From Macrostomum lignano (taxonomy: Eukaryota), in assembly GCA_002269645.1 (NCBI GenBank), contig NIVC01000087.1, positions 310,001 through 374,000 on the forward strand: DNA of 64,000 nucleotides. Reading direction: 5' to 3'. Positions 1-14,228 of the stretch are shown here, one piece after another. How positions within the stretch are numbered: position 1 is the first letter of the stretch; each line of letters starts with the position of its first letter. Below the pieces are notes generated by a model. It was not told the DNA's origin, did no database searches, and saw only the letters and a list, made by a program, of their open reading frames with translations. A program made the position numbers and the translations under genes.

Positions 1-1550
1 TCCTATCCTATCCTCTCCTCTCCTCTCCTCTCCTCTCCTCTCCTCTCCTCTCCTCTCCTCTCCTCTCCTCTATCTCCTCTCCTATCCTATCCTATCCTCT
101 CCTCTCCTCTCCTCTCCTCTCCTCTCCTCTCCTCTCCTCTTCTCCTCTCCTCTCCTCTCCTCTCCTCTCCTCTCCTATCCTATCCTCTCCTCTCCTCATA
201 CCTTAACCCCTCCTCTCCTCTCCTCTCCTCTCCTCTCCTCTCCTCTTTCTCCTCTCCTCTCCTCTCATCTCCTCTCCTCTCCTCTCCTATCCTCTCCTCT
301 CCTCTCCTCTCCTCTCCTCTCCTTTCCTCTCCTCTTTTCTCCTCTCCTCTCCTCTCCTCTCCTATCCTATCCTCTTCTCTTCCCTCATACCTTAACCCCT
401 CCTCTTCTCTCCTCTCCTCTCCTCTCCTATCCTATCCTCTTCTCTTCCCTCATACCTTAACCCCTCCTCTTCTCTCCTCTCCTCTCCTCTCCTATCCTAT
501 CCTCTTCTCTTCCCTCATACCTTAACCCCTCCTCTTCTCTCCTCTCCTCTCCTCTCCTCTCCTCTTTTCTCCTCTCCTCTCCTCTCATCTCCTCTCCTAT
601 CCTATCCTATCCTCTCCTCTCCTCTCCTCTCCTCTCCTCTCCTCTCCTCTCCTCTCCTCTCCTCTTTTCTCCTCTCCTCTCCTCTCCTCTCCTATCCTAT
701 CCTCTCCTCTTCCTCATACCTTAACCCCTCCTCTCCTCTCCTCTCCTCTCCTCTCCTCTCCTCTTTTCTCCTCTCCTCTCCTCTCATCTCCTCTCCTCTC
801 CTCTCCTATCCTCTCCTCTCCTCTCCTCTCCTCTCCTCTCCTTTCCTCTCCTCTTTTCTCCTCTCCTCTCCTCTCCTCTCCTATCCTATCCTCTTCTCTT
901 CCCTCATACCTTAACCCCTCCTCTTCTCTCCTCTCCTCTCCTCTCCTATCCTATCCTCTTCTCTTCCCTCATACCTTAACCCCTCCTCTTCTCTCCTCTC
1001 CTCTCCTCTCCTATCCTATCCTCTTCTCTTCCCTCATACCTTAACCCCTCCTCTTCTCTCCTCTCCTCTCCTCTCCTCTTCTCTCCTCTCCTCTCCTCTC
1101 CTCTCCTATCCTCTACTCTACTCTCCTCTCCTCTCCTCTCCTCTCCTCTCCTCTCCTCTCCTATCCTATCCTCTTCTCTTCCCTCATACCTTAACCCCTC
1201 CTCTTCTCTCCTCTCCTCTCCTATCCTATCCTATCCTCTTCTCTTCCCTCATACCTTAACCCCTCCTCTTCTCTCCTCTCCTCTCCTCTCCTCTCCTATC
1301 CTATCCTCTTCTCTTCGCTCATACCTTAACCCCTCCTCTTCTCTCCTCTCCTCTCCTCTCCTCTTCTCTCCTCTCCTCTTCTCTCCTCTCCTCTCCTCTC
1401 CTCTCCTATCCTCTACTCTACTCTCCTCTCCTCTCCTCTCCTCTCCTCTCCTCTCCTCTCCTCTCCTCTCCTCTCCTCTCCTCTCCTATCCTATCCTCTT
1501 CTCTTCCCTCATACCTTAACCCCTCCTCTTCTCTCCTCTCCTCACCTCTC
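1..1550. repeat. (CTCCT)n polypyrimidine satellite with recurrent CCTCATACCTTAACCCC insert
   Basis: Direct inspection. Confidence 0.95.
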
Positions 1551-2466
1551 CCTAAAGAGAGGCGAGAGGCTAAGGAGATAGATGCTTACAGAAGACAATC
1601 GCAGAAAAATAGCAGCTCGAAAAATGAAGCAGAGAAGAAGTGATGAAAGATCAGAGTAGGAGATCAATATTCTAGCTCGTAGTACCCTCTCATTTCGAAT
1701 TTTTCATCTGATCGGGACTTGAATTGGAACACCTTCGCTCTGGATGATGAGAAAGAAGCTGGGATCGTAGCAAGGAATTTTGTTGGGGAGGATTTGGGAT
1801 TTTTTGTTTGCCAAGACGGCGCTCACCTCTCTCAGGCCCTCCCGAGCTGGTGCAGACGGCGGACTGCAGGATTTGCATATACAAGCTTAGGATGAGGCTC
1901 TTGTGCTTCGTGGAGCGGAATCTGATGCTCAGTTAATGAGAGCTGCACCTCCTCGTGTGCCCCCTGCCTCCGATCTGATGTTGGACTTCTTTTCTGGCAC
2001 AGTGGCATCGCTATATTGGGATTGCTTGCCAGGGTGTCCGACAGGGGGCGGTGGGGTCACGGCTATTCTATACACGAGCTGAGCAGCACTTGTCTGCTGG
2101 CGGCTTGACACTTCTCTGTTTCATTCGATCGATTCCGCAGAGTTGACAAGGTCATGGAGCCCGCCTTGCGGTTTCCTGTTTCCAGTTAATCTTCATCGAA
2201 ATTAAACTCTCCAGTTCTGACCAACCTCACCCCCACCCCCCAGGCGTCATCCTCTGCAGAGCTGCAGCTTCGATCTGAGCTCTTCTCAGACTATGACGAC
2301 CTCTGCGTTATGGAATATCGCTTGCTTCAGCTGGTGGATTTTTATACCACTACTTGTAAAGAGTACATACAACACCCTTAACTGTTAGGGGGTTTGGACT
2401 TTTATCTGTAAATTTTCTTAAAATTTTCACATTGGAAATTGAGACCATGGTTTATACTTTTAAATG

Positions 2467-3788
2467 ACCAGGTGATCTTGCGTGAGGATGCATGCAGGTG
2501 ATCTGTGTGGGGATGCATGCAGGTGATTGTGTGGGGATGAATCCAGGTGATCTGTGTGGGGATGCATCCAGGTGATCTGTGTGGGGATAAATCCAGGTGA
2601 TCTGTGTGGGGATGCATCCATTCAACAGGTGATCTGTATGGGGATGCATCCATTCCCCAGGTGATCTGTGTGGGGTTGCATCCACTCCCAGGTGATCTTG
2701 TGTGGGGTTGCATCCACTCCCAGGTGATCTTGTGTGGGGTTGCATCCACTCCCAGGTGATCTTGTGTGGGGTTGCATCCACTCCCAGGTGATCTTGTGTG
2801 GGGTTGCATCCACTCCCAGGTGATCTTGTGTGGGGTTGCATCCACTCCCAGGTGATCTTGTGTGGGGTTGCATCCACTCCCAGGTGATCTGTGTGGGGAT
2901 GCATCCATTCAACAGGTGATCTGTGTGGGGATGTATCCAGGTGATCTGTATGGGGATGCATCCATTCCCCAGGTGATCTGTGTGGGGATGCATCCACTCC
3001 CAGGTGATCTTGTGTGGGGATGCATCCACTCCCAGGTGATCTTGTGTGGGGATGTATCCAGGTGATCTGTATGGGGATGCATCCATTCCCCAGGTGATCT
3101 TGTGTGGGGATGCATCCATTCCCCAGGTGATCTTGTGTGGGGATGCATCCATTCCCCAGGTGATCTTGTGTGGGGATGCATCCATTCCCCAGGTGATCTT
3201 GTGTGGGGATGCATCCATTCCCCAGGTGATCTTGTGTGGGGATGCATTCAGGTGATCTTGTGTGGGGATGCATCCATTCCCCAGGTGATCTTGTGTGGGG
3301 ATGCATCCATTCCCCAGGTGATCTTGTGTGGGGATGCATTCAGGTGATCTTGTGTGGGGATGCATCCATTCCCCAGGTGATCTTGTGTGGGGATGCATTC
3401 AGGTGATCTTGTGTGGGGATGCATCCATTCCCCAGGTGATCTTGTGTGGGGATGCATCCATTCCCCAGGTGATCTTGTGTGGAGATGCATTCAGGTGATC
3501 TTGTGTGGGGATGCATCCATTCCCCAGGTGATCTTGTGTGGGGATGCATCCACTCCCAGGTGATCTTGTGTGGGGATGAATCCACTCCCAGGTGATCTTG
3601 TGTGGGGATGCATCCACTCCCAGGTGATCTGTGTGGGGATGCATCCACTCCCCATGTGATCTGTGTGGGGATGCATCCACTCCCAGGTGATCTGTGTGGG
3701 GATGCATCCACTCCCCATGTGATCTGTGTGGGGATGAATCCACTCCCAGGTGATCTGTGTGGGGATGCATCCACTCCCAGGTGATCTT
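2467..3788. repeat. 33-bp minisatellite CAGGTGATCTTGTGTGGGGATGCATCCATTCCC (32-bp and shorter variants)
   Basis: Direct inspection. Confidence 0.95.
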
Positions 3789-6112
3789 AGCCAAGTCAAC
3801 ACAGGGCAGGCATTCATTAGCAATTTTAAGGCAATAATCCCAGTTTTTTTTCCTGCTCTGCTTCAAAAATATTCCGCCCGAAAAAATCGCCAAAAAATCC
3901 TTCGGCAAATTGCAACCCAAATGCTAATTCAAAGCTGAATCCGCAGTTCAAACACTGCAAAAATATTCCTAAACTAATTTTATACCATTTAATCTCCCTA
4001 TACTAGTCTCACACCTGGATGCATGGATCCCAAATATCCCAAAAATTTAAGCACGGAAGATTAGTCTTGCGCAGGGCGAGAGTAAGATAGCAGACGGGAC
4101 TCGAGCCAGCTAAAGCCAGGCGAGCGATCGCTCCGTGTGAAGAGAGCCTATTTGGAGAGGATCTGAGAAGAGAAGGGGCTGGCTTATCTGTGCAGCCGTG
4201 CGGACACCTGAGGTTGGGCATCATTCATCAAACTGGCTCACCGATCCGGCCGTCACCTCGGGCTCACAGTTTGGAACTGGGGGGGGGGGGGTCACTGTGT
4301 GTATGGAGGCTTATAGTTTCTGAAAGTTTCGTGGCGGAAGGGAGGGGCGCCAGGTCGGTGAGCAAATATTGGCGAAACCGCGCCGAGACGGACTGGCGGA
4401 GGCATTGGAGAACAGCTTCTCAGCACATCCAGCCATAGGTGCGCGCTCAAGCAGATTTCGAGATGGGTGTGGATTCCGAAAATTGAAAGAAAGAAAAAAA
4501 GGACTATCACCTATAGCGTCTATTAGGTAAGCAAAGAAATGCTAGCCTGAAATAACAAAAATACCATATGAGCAAGAGACTCGGATGCGCTGCAGAACCC
4601 AAGGCCCCTGTTCGTGTTTGTTTTAATTAACGCGAAGGCCTTTTTTCTGTACAAAATAAAGAATTTGCATGTGTTAAAGGAAAACACGTTGGACTGGGAG
4701 GGGTGCAGGAACTTGCATGGCATTGTCAAGCAGTGGGTGAGCTAGCTTAGCTAGTTAGTTAGGTTCTAATGCTCTCCTTGGTTCTTCCAGCTGCCCTCGG
4801 CAAGCAGGCAGTCAGGGCTGAAATGAGTAAAAGAAAGCAAAGCGCTGAGAAGTGGGCGGCGCGGTGGAGAGTTGCTGGGCAAATATTTGACTTCTGAATG
4901 GCAGCGGAGGCTGAGTGGCCCCCATTCGACAGAGGGAAATGAAGCCCCGCAGTTGTCCCGGCATGGGAGGGAGCCAGAGAGCAGGGGAAATGAGAAAACT
5001 CAGGCTGGCAAGAATGTTCGATTACGAACTAATTTTACTAACGTTACCATGACTTCTGTTTGGCTGAATCGGTTTTGACTAAAAGTTTGAAGACTTAAAA
5101 TTTCTTAATTCTCAAACAGCATCCGTGCAGCATCCGTCTGCTTGAGCTGCCCGTGGACACAACGGTGACTTAGGCATGCGTCAAAGTCCCTAGAAGATAG
5201 AAGAAAGGCATATCGGATAACTTTAAGGACGCCATGCAGTGCATAAATATTGGTGCCACCAATGATATAAACAGAATTTGCTAACTATATTTATAACACA
5301 CTAAGCAGTAAAATAGGCTAATCAGGCTATAAGCGACCGCTTCAATAATTGGCTATGACAGGGGCGAGGGAATATAATATATTAATATTTCCCATTTCGA
5401 GCTAGACCATTGAAGCAGCAGCAGCAGCAGGGTTGGAGGGGAGCAACGAGCTGGGGACCAAAAGTTACCGGCCACTAATCTAAGCACCCCCCCCCACAGG
5501 GAGGACTTGAAGAGCGCTCAGCTGAGCGGGCAACAGGCTTAAACTGGTCTCTCGGGCCAACCCCTAATCCTCCGTTCGGCGGCCACCTGTTAACCCCGAG
5601 AAGTGGCACTTGCGCCTCCCAGCGGCAGCAGGAGCGAGGCCGGCCCGAAAATCATGGAGAATTGAGTTTGCTGGCCAAAGTGGAGCATAGAAATTCAATT
5701 TCTAACCTCAGCGCCCGGGACACGCCAAGGTTTTTATAGGATTTTCTCCACTGCCCACTTTCTGCCGGCCGAGATGAGGAGGGGAAATAACAGCGGGGGG
5801 GAGAAGCGGACTTGAAGTTTGCGCAGATGGATAACGAAGTTACGACTCGTGTGTGGGAGGGGGGCGTGGAGATGTTGTGGAGTCTGTCTCTACTGGGAGA
5901 CAGCTGAATCTACAAGATGTCTGACTGAGATAACAAATTAGCCTCGAGCTTTCTGTAGCACGCAGATCTGACTGCGTTCGCTGTTTGAAGCAGTTCGAGT
6001 CAATCAACCGGTGCTGACAGTTCTGGTAGCGGCTGCAATTAGTAACGATTTTCCCCGATTAATCTGGGAGCATGAGGACTTCTATGAGACTGTGTTCAAA
6101 ATGGGCAGAAGG

Positions 6113-8552
6113 CTTAGAGATTGGTGGATAGACGGGAGATTGGTGGATAGACAGCTTGGAGATTGATGGATAGACAGGAGATTGGTGGATAGACAGGAGA
6201 TTGATAGATAGACAGGAGATTGATGGATAGACAGGAGATTGGTGGATAGACAGGAGATTGATAGATAGACGGGAGATTGGTGGATAGACAGCTTGGAGAT
6301 TGGTGGATAGACAGGAGATTGGTGGATAGACAGGAGATTGATAGATAGACAGGAGATTGGTGGATAGACAGGAGATTGGTGAATAGACAGGAGATTGGTG
6401 GATAGACAGGAAATTGGTGAATAGACAGGAGATTGGTGGATAGACGGGAGATTGGTGGATAGACGGGAGATTGGTGGATAGACAGGAGATTGGTGGATAG
6501 ACAGGAGATTGGTGGATAGACGGGAGATTGGTGGATAGACAGGAGATTGGTGGATAGACAGGAGATTGATAGATAGACAGCTTGGGGATTGATGGATAGA
6601 CAGCTTGGAGATTGATAGATAGACAGGAGATTGGTAGATAGACAGGAGATTGATAGATAGACAGCTTGGAAATTGGTAGATAGGAGATTGATAGATAGAC
6701 AGCTTGGAGATTGATGGATAGACAGCTTGGAGATTGGTAGATAGACAGGAGATTGGTAGATAGACAGGAGATTGATAGATAGACAGCTTGGAAATTGGTA
6801 GATAGGAGATTGATAGATAGACAGCTTGGAGATTGATGGATAGACAGCTTGGAGATTGGTAGATAGACAGGAGATTGATAGATAGACAGCTTGGAGATTG
6901 ATGGATAGACAGCTTGGAGATTTATAGATAGACAGGAGATTGATAGATAGACAGCTTGGAGATTGGTAGATAGACAGGAGATTGATAGATAGACAGCTTG
7001 AAGATTGATGGATAGACAGAAGATTGGTAGATAGACAAGAAATTGATAGATAGACAGCTTGGAGATTGATAGATAGACAGGAGATTGGTAGATAGACAGG
7101 AGATTGATAGATAGACAGCTTGGAGATTGGTAGATAGGAGATTGATAGATAGACAGCTTGGAGATTGATGGATAGACAGCTTGGAGATTGGTAGATAGAC
7201 AGGAGATTGATAGATAGACAGCTTGGAGATTGATGGATAGACAGCTTGGAGATTTATAGATAGACAGGAGATTGATAGATAGACAGCTTGGAGATTGGTA
7301 GATAGACAGGAGATTGATAGATAGACAGCTTGAAGATTGATGGATAGACAGCTTGGAGATTGATGGATAGACAGGAGATTGGTAGATAGACAAGAAATTG
7401 ATAGATAGACAGCTTGGAGATTGATGGATAGACAGCTTGGAGATTGGTAGATAGACAGGAGATTGATAGATAGACAGCTTGGAGATTGATGGATAGACAG
7501 CTTGGAGATTGGTAGATAGACAGGAGATTGATAGATAGACAGCTTGGAGATTGATGGATAGACAGCTTGGAGATTTATAGATAGACAGGAGATTGATAGA
7601 TAGACAGCTTGGAGATTGGTAGATAGACAGGAGATTGATAGATAGACAGCTTGAAGATTGATGGATAGACAGCTTGGAGATTTATAGATAGACAGGAGAT
7701 TGATAGATAGACAGCTTGGAGATTGGTAGATAGACAGGAGATTGATAGATAGACAGCTTGGAGATTGGTAGATAGACAGGAGATTGATAGATAGACAGCT
7801 TGAAGATTGATGGATAGACAGCTTGGAGATTTATAGATAGACAGGAGATTGATAGATAGACAGCTTGGAGATTTATAGATAGACAGGAGATTGATGGATA
7901 GACAGCTTGGAGATTTATAGATAGACAGGAGATTGATAGATAGACAGCTTGGAGATTGATGGATAGACAGCTTGGAGATTTATAGATAGACAGGAGATTG
8001 ATAGATAGACAGCTTGGAGATTTATAGATAGACAGGAGATTGATGGATAGACAGCTTGGAGATTGATAGATAGACAGGAGATTGGTAGATAGACAGGAGA
8101 TTGATAGATAGACAGGAGATTGGTGGATAGACAGCTTGGAGATTGATGGATAGACAACTTGGAGATTGATAGATAGGAGATTTATAGATAGACAAGAGAT
8201 TGATAGATAGACAGCTTGGAGATTGATAGATAGACAGCTTGGAGATTGATAGATAGACAGCTTGGAGATTGATAGATAGACAGCTTGGAGATTGGTAGAT
8301 AGACAGGAGATTGATAGAAAGACAGCTTGGAGATTGATGGATAGACAGCTTGGAGATTGATGGATAGACAGCTTGGAGATTGATGGATAGACAGCTTGGA
8401 GATTGATGGATAGACAGCTTGGAGATTGATGGATAGACAGCTTGGAGATTTATAGATAGACGGGAGATTGATAGATAGACAGTTTGGAGATTGATGGATA
8501 GACAACTTGAAGATTGATAGATAGACAGCTTGGAGATTAATGGATAGACAGC
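6113..8552. repeat. 19/23-bp minisatellite GACAGGAGATTGGTGGATA / GACAGCTTGGAGATTGATAGATA
   Basis: Direct inspection. Confidence 0.95.
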
Positions 8553-9056
8553 AGAAAATAAATAAATAACGCTGACTAAGCAACAATAACCATTAAGAAT
8601 GTGATTAGTGCTATGTGATTAGTGCTTAGTACCGTCTATCGTATAAGTTTCAAGTGGGGGGATATAATAGCTATGATATTGTATTATTAAGTTCGTCTTG
8701 TACTTTGACTGGCATTCTCTGGCCCTGTGGGGGAGTTGTAAAGAACCGAGGGAGAATGGACCCCGTGCAGACAAAGCAGCCACACGCCAGGCACTCTCCA
8801 GTTCCGAGAACCGGACCTCCTGTGCCGCCTCCTTCGCTTTCTTTTAATTCGCTTTGACAAAGAAGTGAAGATCAAAAGTATTTACTGTAAGAGGCCTGTT
8901 GAAGACCGAGTACGTGGCCTCCTAATTTTTAATTCTCTGTTCCTGAACGTTCTCGAAAAAAGTGTCTGAGAGAGAATTTAGCCGACAAATTCTGACCCTC
9001 GAATTGGAAATGTAGAAAGTTGAAGGGTTTGCACTTGATGAACTTCATGGTTATTT

Positions 9057-9700
9057 ATGACCAAATCACTATGGACTATGATGACAGTGATGACCAAGTC
9101 ACTCCGGACTATGATGACAGTGATGACCAAGTCACTCCGGACTATGATGACAGTGATGACCAAGTCACTCCGGACTACTATGATGACAGTGATGACCAAG
9201 TCACTCCGGACTATGATGACAGTGATGACCAAGTCACTCCGGACTACTATGATGACAGTGATGACCAAGTCACTCCGGACTATGATGACAGTGATGACCA
9301 AGTCACTCTGGACTACTATGATGACAGTGATGACCAAGTCACTCCGGACTATGATGACAGTGATGACCAAGTCACTCCGGACTACTATGATGACAGTGAT
9401 GACCAAGTCACTCCGGACTATGATGACAGTGATGACCAAGTCACTCCGGACTACTATGATGACAGTGATGACCAAGTCACTCTGGACTACCATGATGACA
9501 GTGATGACCAAGTCACTCCGGACTATGATGACAGTGATGACCAAGTCACTCCGGACTATGATGACAGTGATGACCAAGTCACTCCGGACTATGATGACAG
9601 TGATGACCAAGTCACTCCGGACTATGATGACAGTGATGACCAAGTCACTCCGGACTATGATGACAGTGATGACCAAGTCATTCCGGACTATGATGACAGT
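9057..9700. repeat. 33/36-bp minisatellite GACTATGATGACAGTGATGACCAAGTCACTCCG
   Basis: Direct inspection; reads as (DYDDSDDQVTP)n. Confidence 0.95.
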
Positions 9701-10351
9701 TAATGGCTAAGAGCCATAACGGACCCCCAACCCGCCACGCACATTAATGGACATTTTTTTAATTTTTAGATGAAGGCAAAATTTCAGTATCCTAGAATTT
9801 TTCCACCAGCCTTGAAATCAGCAGTGTTTACACTCTGCTAATCCTCACAGGACATAACCGCAATTTACCTGCGTGTGTACACGACTTTTAGCGTTCGAGA
9901 TTACGCCGACAAAAATCCCACAAGTTAAAATTGCACATATAAACACATTGGAGTTATAGATGGAAGCTTGAAATAGGGGAGGAACCTGATGAAGGAGACT
10001 TAATGCCGACTTAAGAGAGAGCTCCATCTGCCCGACTGGGCCAAGCTGGACGCAAAAAACCTGGGTCGCCGGTCTAAAAGCCGCTGGGTTCCCAGGAAGT
10101 CGACCGCGCCAGGCGAATGGCCCCCGGATTGACCGGAGCGGGGGGGGGGCACGGACGGCACTTGACTCCATCTGATGCCCTCCCCTTTAATTCTCGTGCG
10201 TCTGTCTGCAGCTGGCGCACAGGTATGTATGGGATGAAGGAAGCTGGCCGACATTGCGGGTGAGTGGCGTCTGCGGCCCCCCTCTTGATGCTGCGCCCGC
10301 TGGGTGGCGGCCGAATACAGATTGACGGACAGGGACTGACAGACAGGGATC

Positions 10352-10925
<574 letters not shown>

Positions 10926-11329
10926 CCAAGAGCTGTCAACTGCCAGTTAAAATTTTATCATTTTATCTGCCCGCATTCGCAGCAATGCTTCTGTTGCTGT
11001 CTCGCAGTGAACCAGATGAATCACTTATATGCAATGCAGAGGTAATTAAAACTATATCAATCTACGCTTGTATCCACGATTAGCCAATAGGCTGTTCATT
11101 AAGTTCACTGCTAGTCGATTTTAGTTCTTTGTTACTATGGGCCAAGCATGATAAGATTTCGCTGGTTGTGTTGGTTGTGTCACTCAATTCAACTGTCTGA
11201 GCCATCTGAGTTGACTTCGCTAAGTTTCAGGAGTCTAAATTGGAATTCAAATAAACTTGATAATTATTGGATGATAAGGAGGTCGCGAGTAGAAAGTTGA
11301 TATGGCCCAACCGGCAGAATACTAAAGAA

Positions 11330-11948
11330 CCTGAAGACCAACTGATACCAACTGAAGGATCTGAAGGGTCATTGGAGACCAACTGAAGGATCTGAAGGGT
11401 CATTGGAGATCAACTGAAGGATCTGAAGGGTCATTGGAGATTAAATGAAGGATCTGAAGGGGTCATTGGAGACCAACTGAAGGATCTGAAGGGGCATTGG
11501 AGACCAACTGAAGGATCTGAAGGGTCATTGGAGACCAACTGAAAGACCTGAAGGGTCATTGGAGACCCAACTGAAGGACATCAAGGGTCATTGGAGACCA
11601 ACTGAAGGACATCAAGGGTCATTAGAGACCAACTGAAGGACATCAAGGGTCATCGGAGACCAACTGAAAGACCTGAAGGGTCATTGGAGACCCAACTGAA
11701 GGACATCAAGGGTCATTGGAGACCAACTGAAGGACATCAAGGGTCATTAGAGACCAACTGAAGGACATCAAGGGTCATCGGAGACCAACTGAAGGACATC
11801 AAGGGTCATCGGAGACCAACTGAAGGACATCAAGGGTCATCGGAGACCAACTGAAGGACATCAAGGGTCATTGGAGACCAACTGAAGGACATCAAGGGTC
11901 ATTGGAGACCAACTGAAGGATCTGAAGGGTCATTGGAGACCAACTGAA
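11330..11948. repeat. 31-bp minisatellite GAGACCAACTGAAGGATCTGAAGGGTCATTG
   Basis: Direct inspection. Confidence 0.93.
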
Positions 11949-12547
11949 TCAAGCCATCTTACATTGAGCTGAAGTCAGCCTTAGGCTGAAAGTCTGAAGA
12001 GCCGTACTTGTCCCAGTTAGAAAGGCCCAACATTGTGCCAAATCCATCACTGCGGCAATCAATAGCTGTCAATCCCGGCTGTCAATAACTGCCGCGGGGG
12101 AAGCAGGTGCCACCTAAGGGAGCTGCTAAATATGTCATTGTTCGATTTCGGCGTGAGACGGAAATTCCTCAATGCACAGCTCTAGAGATGGATGTATAAA
12201 TGTATATACCGGATATTTATGCTCAATCTGCGCCGATGGAAGCACCTCAAAATTGCGCTTTTGGTGACCTCTGTCTCCCTCTCCCTCTCCTCTCTCTCTC
12301 TCTCTCTCCTGAACTCAGAGTGCAGCGCAGCCGCTTCAAGGGGAAGCTGAATATGGAATGATGATGATGATGATGATTCTAGTGACGGCTGGGCGCACCG
12401 CGTGTAGGACAAAAATCTGAGAATTAAGGGACTGGGGACACATCTCAGCCATTGTCACTGCCCGCCTCTTGCGTGCCGCCTCACTGCGATTGAATGATTA
12501 ATGACTCTGCTTCATGCCTGCTCTCGTGCAGTTACGGGGAGAAGCAC

Positions 12548-12831
12548 TGACAGTCAGTCAGTCAGTCAGTCAGTCAGTCAGTCAGTCAGTCAGTCAGTCA
12601 GTCAGTCAGTCAGTCAGTCAGTCAGTCAGTCAGTCAGTCAGTCAGTCAGTCAGTCAGTCAGTCAGTCAGTCAGTCAGTCAGTCAGTCAGTCAGTCAGTCA
12701 GTCAGTCAGTCAGTCAGTCAGTCAGTCAGTCAGTCAGTCAGTCAGTCAGTCAGTCAGTCAGTCAGTCAGTCAGTCAGTCAGTCAGTCAGTCAGTCAGTCA
12801 GTCAGTCAGTCAGTCAGTCGGTCAGTCAGTC
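12548..12831. repeat. (GTCA)n microsatellite
   Basis: Nearly pure tract. Confidence 0.97.
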
Positions 12832-13139
12832 GCACGCAGACGCATCAATCCATTGGTGAAATTAGCGAGGGTGTTTCGCTTCAATTTTGCTTCTACTCCG
12901 GAAGCAGACAAATATGCACTCAGCTCATTCAGCTGTTCGTCCGGTTATCCAGTTGAAGGGGGGCGCGGTGAGTTTTTGGGCAGTTAGGAAGAATTTGAGA
13001 GCTTTTATGCTAGACAGAGGCCCACTAATTGCATATTATTGAAGAGAGCAGCGAACAGGGAGAACAGTGAGAGAGGAGAAGAGACAGAGAGAGGGAGAAA
13101 GGAGGGAAAGCAGAAGAGAAAGGAGAGAAAAGAGGAAAC

Positions 13140-13424
13140 AGGAGAGGAGAGGAGAGTAGGAGAGGAGAGGAGACGAGAGGAGAGGAGAGGAGAGGAGAGG
13201 AGAGGAGAGGAGAGGAGAGGAGAGGAGAGGAGAGGAGAGGAGAGGAGAGGAGATGAGAGGAGAGGAGAGGAGAGGAGAGGATAGGAGAGGAGAGGAGAGG
13301 AGAGGAGAGGAGAGGAGAGGAGAGAAGAGGAGATGAGAGGAGAGGAGAGGAGAGGAGAGGAGAGGAGATGAGATGAGAGGAGAGGAGAGGAGAGGAGAGG
13401 AGAGGAGAGGAGAGGAGAGGAGAG
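13140..13424. repeat. (GAGAG)n microsatellite
   Basis: Direct inspection; reverse complement of the 1-1550 motif. Confidence 0.95.
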
Positions 13425-14190
13425 AATGCAGAAAACGGTAGAGAAATGCGGACAGAAGGCACAGGAGGATATCATTAAAAATTACATTTGTAAAGATTAA
13501 ATCGGCAAGCGATCCTCAAATAGTGCAGCGGGAAATGGATTTAAAAAAGGAAAGCCACCATACATTGAGAGTGCTTCCGACAGATTGAGAAACTCGAGAA
13601 ATTTGCTATTATTTACGAGTAGCATGAGTTTCCACCCCTGAGACGTAGGGTTGGGACTAGCTAAGCATAAATTTCAGCAAGCAGATGCTGTCACAGCAAC
13701 TGCCGCCAATCTGCCAGTTGAGGGATTTATTGGCATAGTTACAGGCAAAGCGCCGTAATTCTGCCGAACATTACGAGGCTAAATATCAAGAGAGCCACAC
13801 TGACAGCCGGAAGTGTTTTTCGCTTCATTCAATTCTTATCTGAAAGCCCAGTCAATATATCTATCCATCCAGTCAGTTAGCATTTGACAAGCCAGTTCAC
13901 GCGGGAGGGAGCTCTCCCATTGGCTGAGAGGCCGCCTTCCTAGACCGGCCACGATTCGTCCTTGCTGGGCCACACAGACTTCCACAGCCATAGGAAAGTT
14001 GAATAGGGCAAACAACACTCTGACACCCCGCCCCGCATAAAACTGACGGCCCTACCTCAGGCTGTCCACGCCAGCTCGTCACGCCAGCTTCTCTGTCAGC
14101 CCCGATTCGTCACCAGCTAAACAGGCCTGGCGAATAAAGGCAACAACAGGACCAGCTTGTTCGGGTCTCCGGCACTCACTCATTCATAGC

Positions 14191-14203
14191 TTTTCACTTC
14201 TAG
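14191..14203 (+). other. Splice acceptor (cis 5'UTR intron or SL trans-splice site) upstream of FZD4
   Basis: TTTTCACTTCTAG|G 25 nt before the ATG, preceded by a CACTCACTCAT branch-point-like segment. Confidence 0.55.
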
Positions 14204-14228
14204 GTCTTCCAAGAGACCCGACAGCATC

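Noticed and set aside
198-1520. TAACCC hexamers suggesting telomeric sequence
   Set aside because: Only single copies within a 17-nt insert, never tandem TTAGGG.
1683-2205. Protein-like reading frame (LNWNTFALDDEKEAGIVARNF...) with two in-frame stops
   Set aside because: No recognisable family, start or splice structure; could be a decayed TE or gene fragment, needs tBLASTx.
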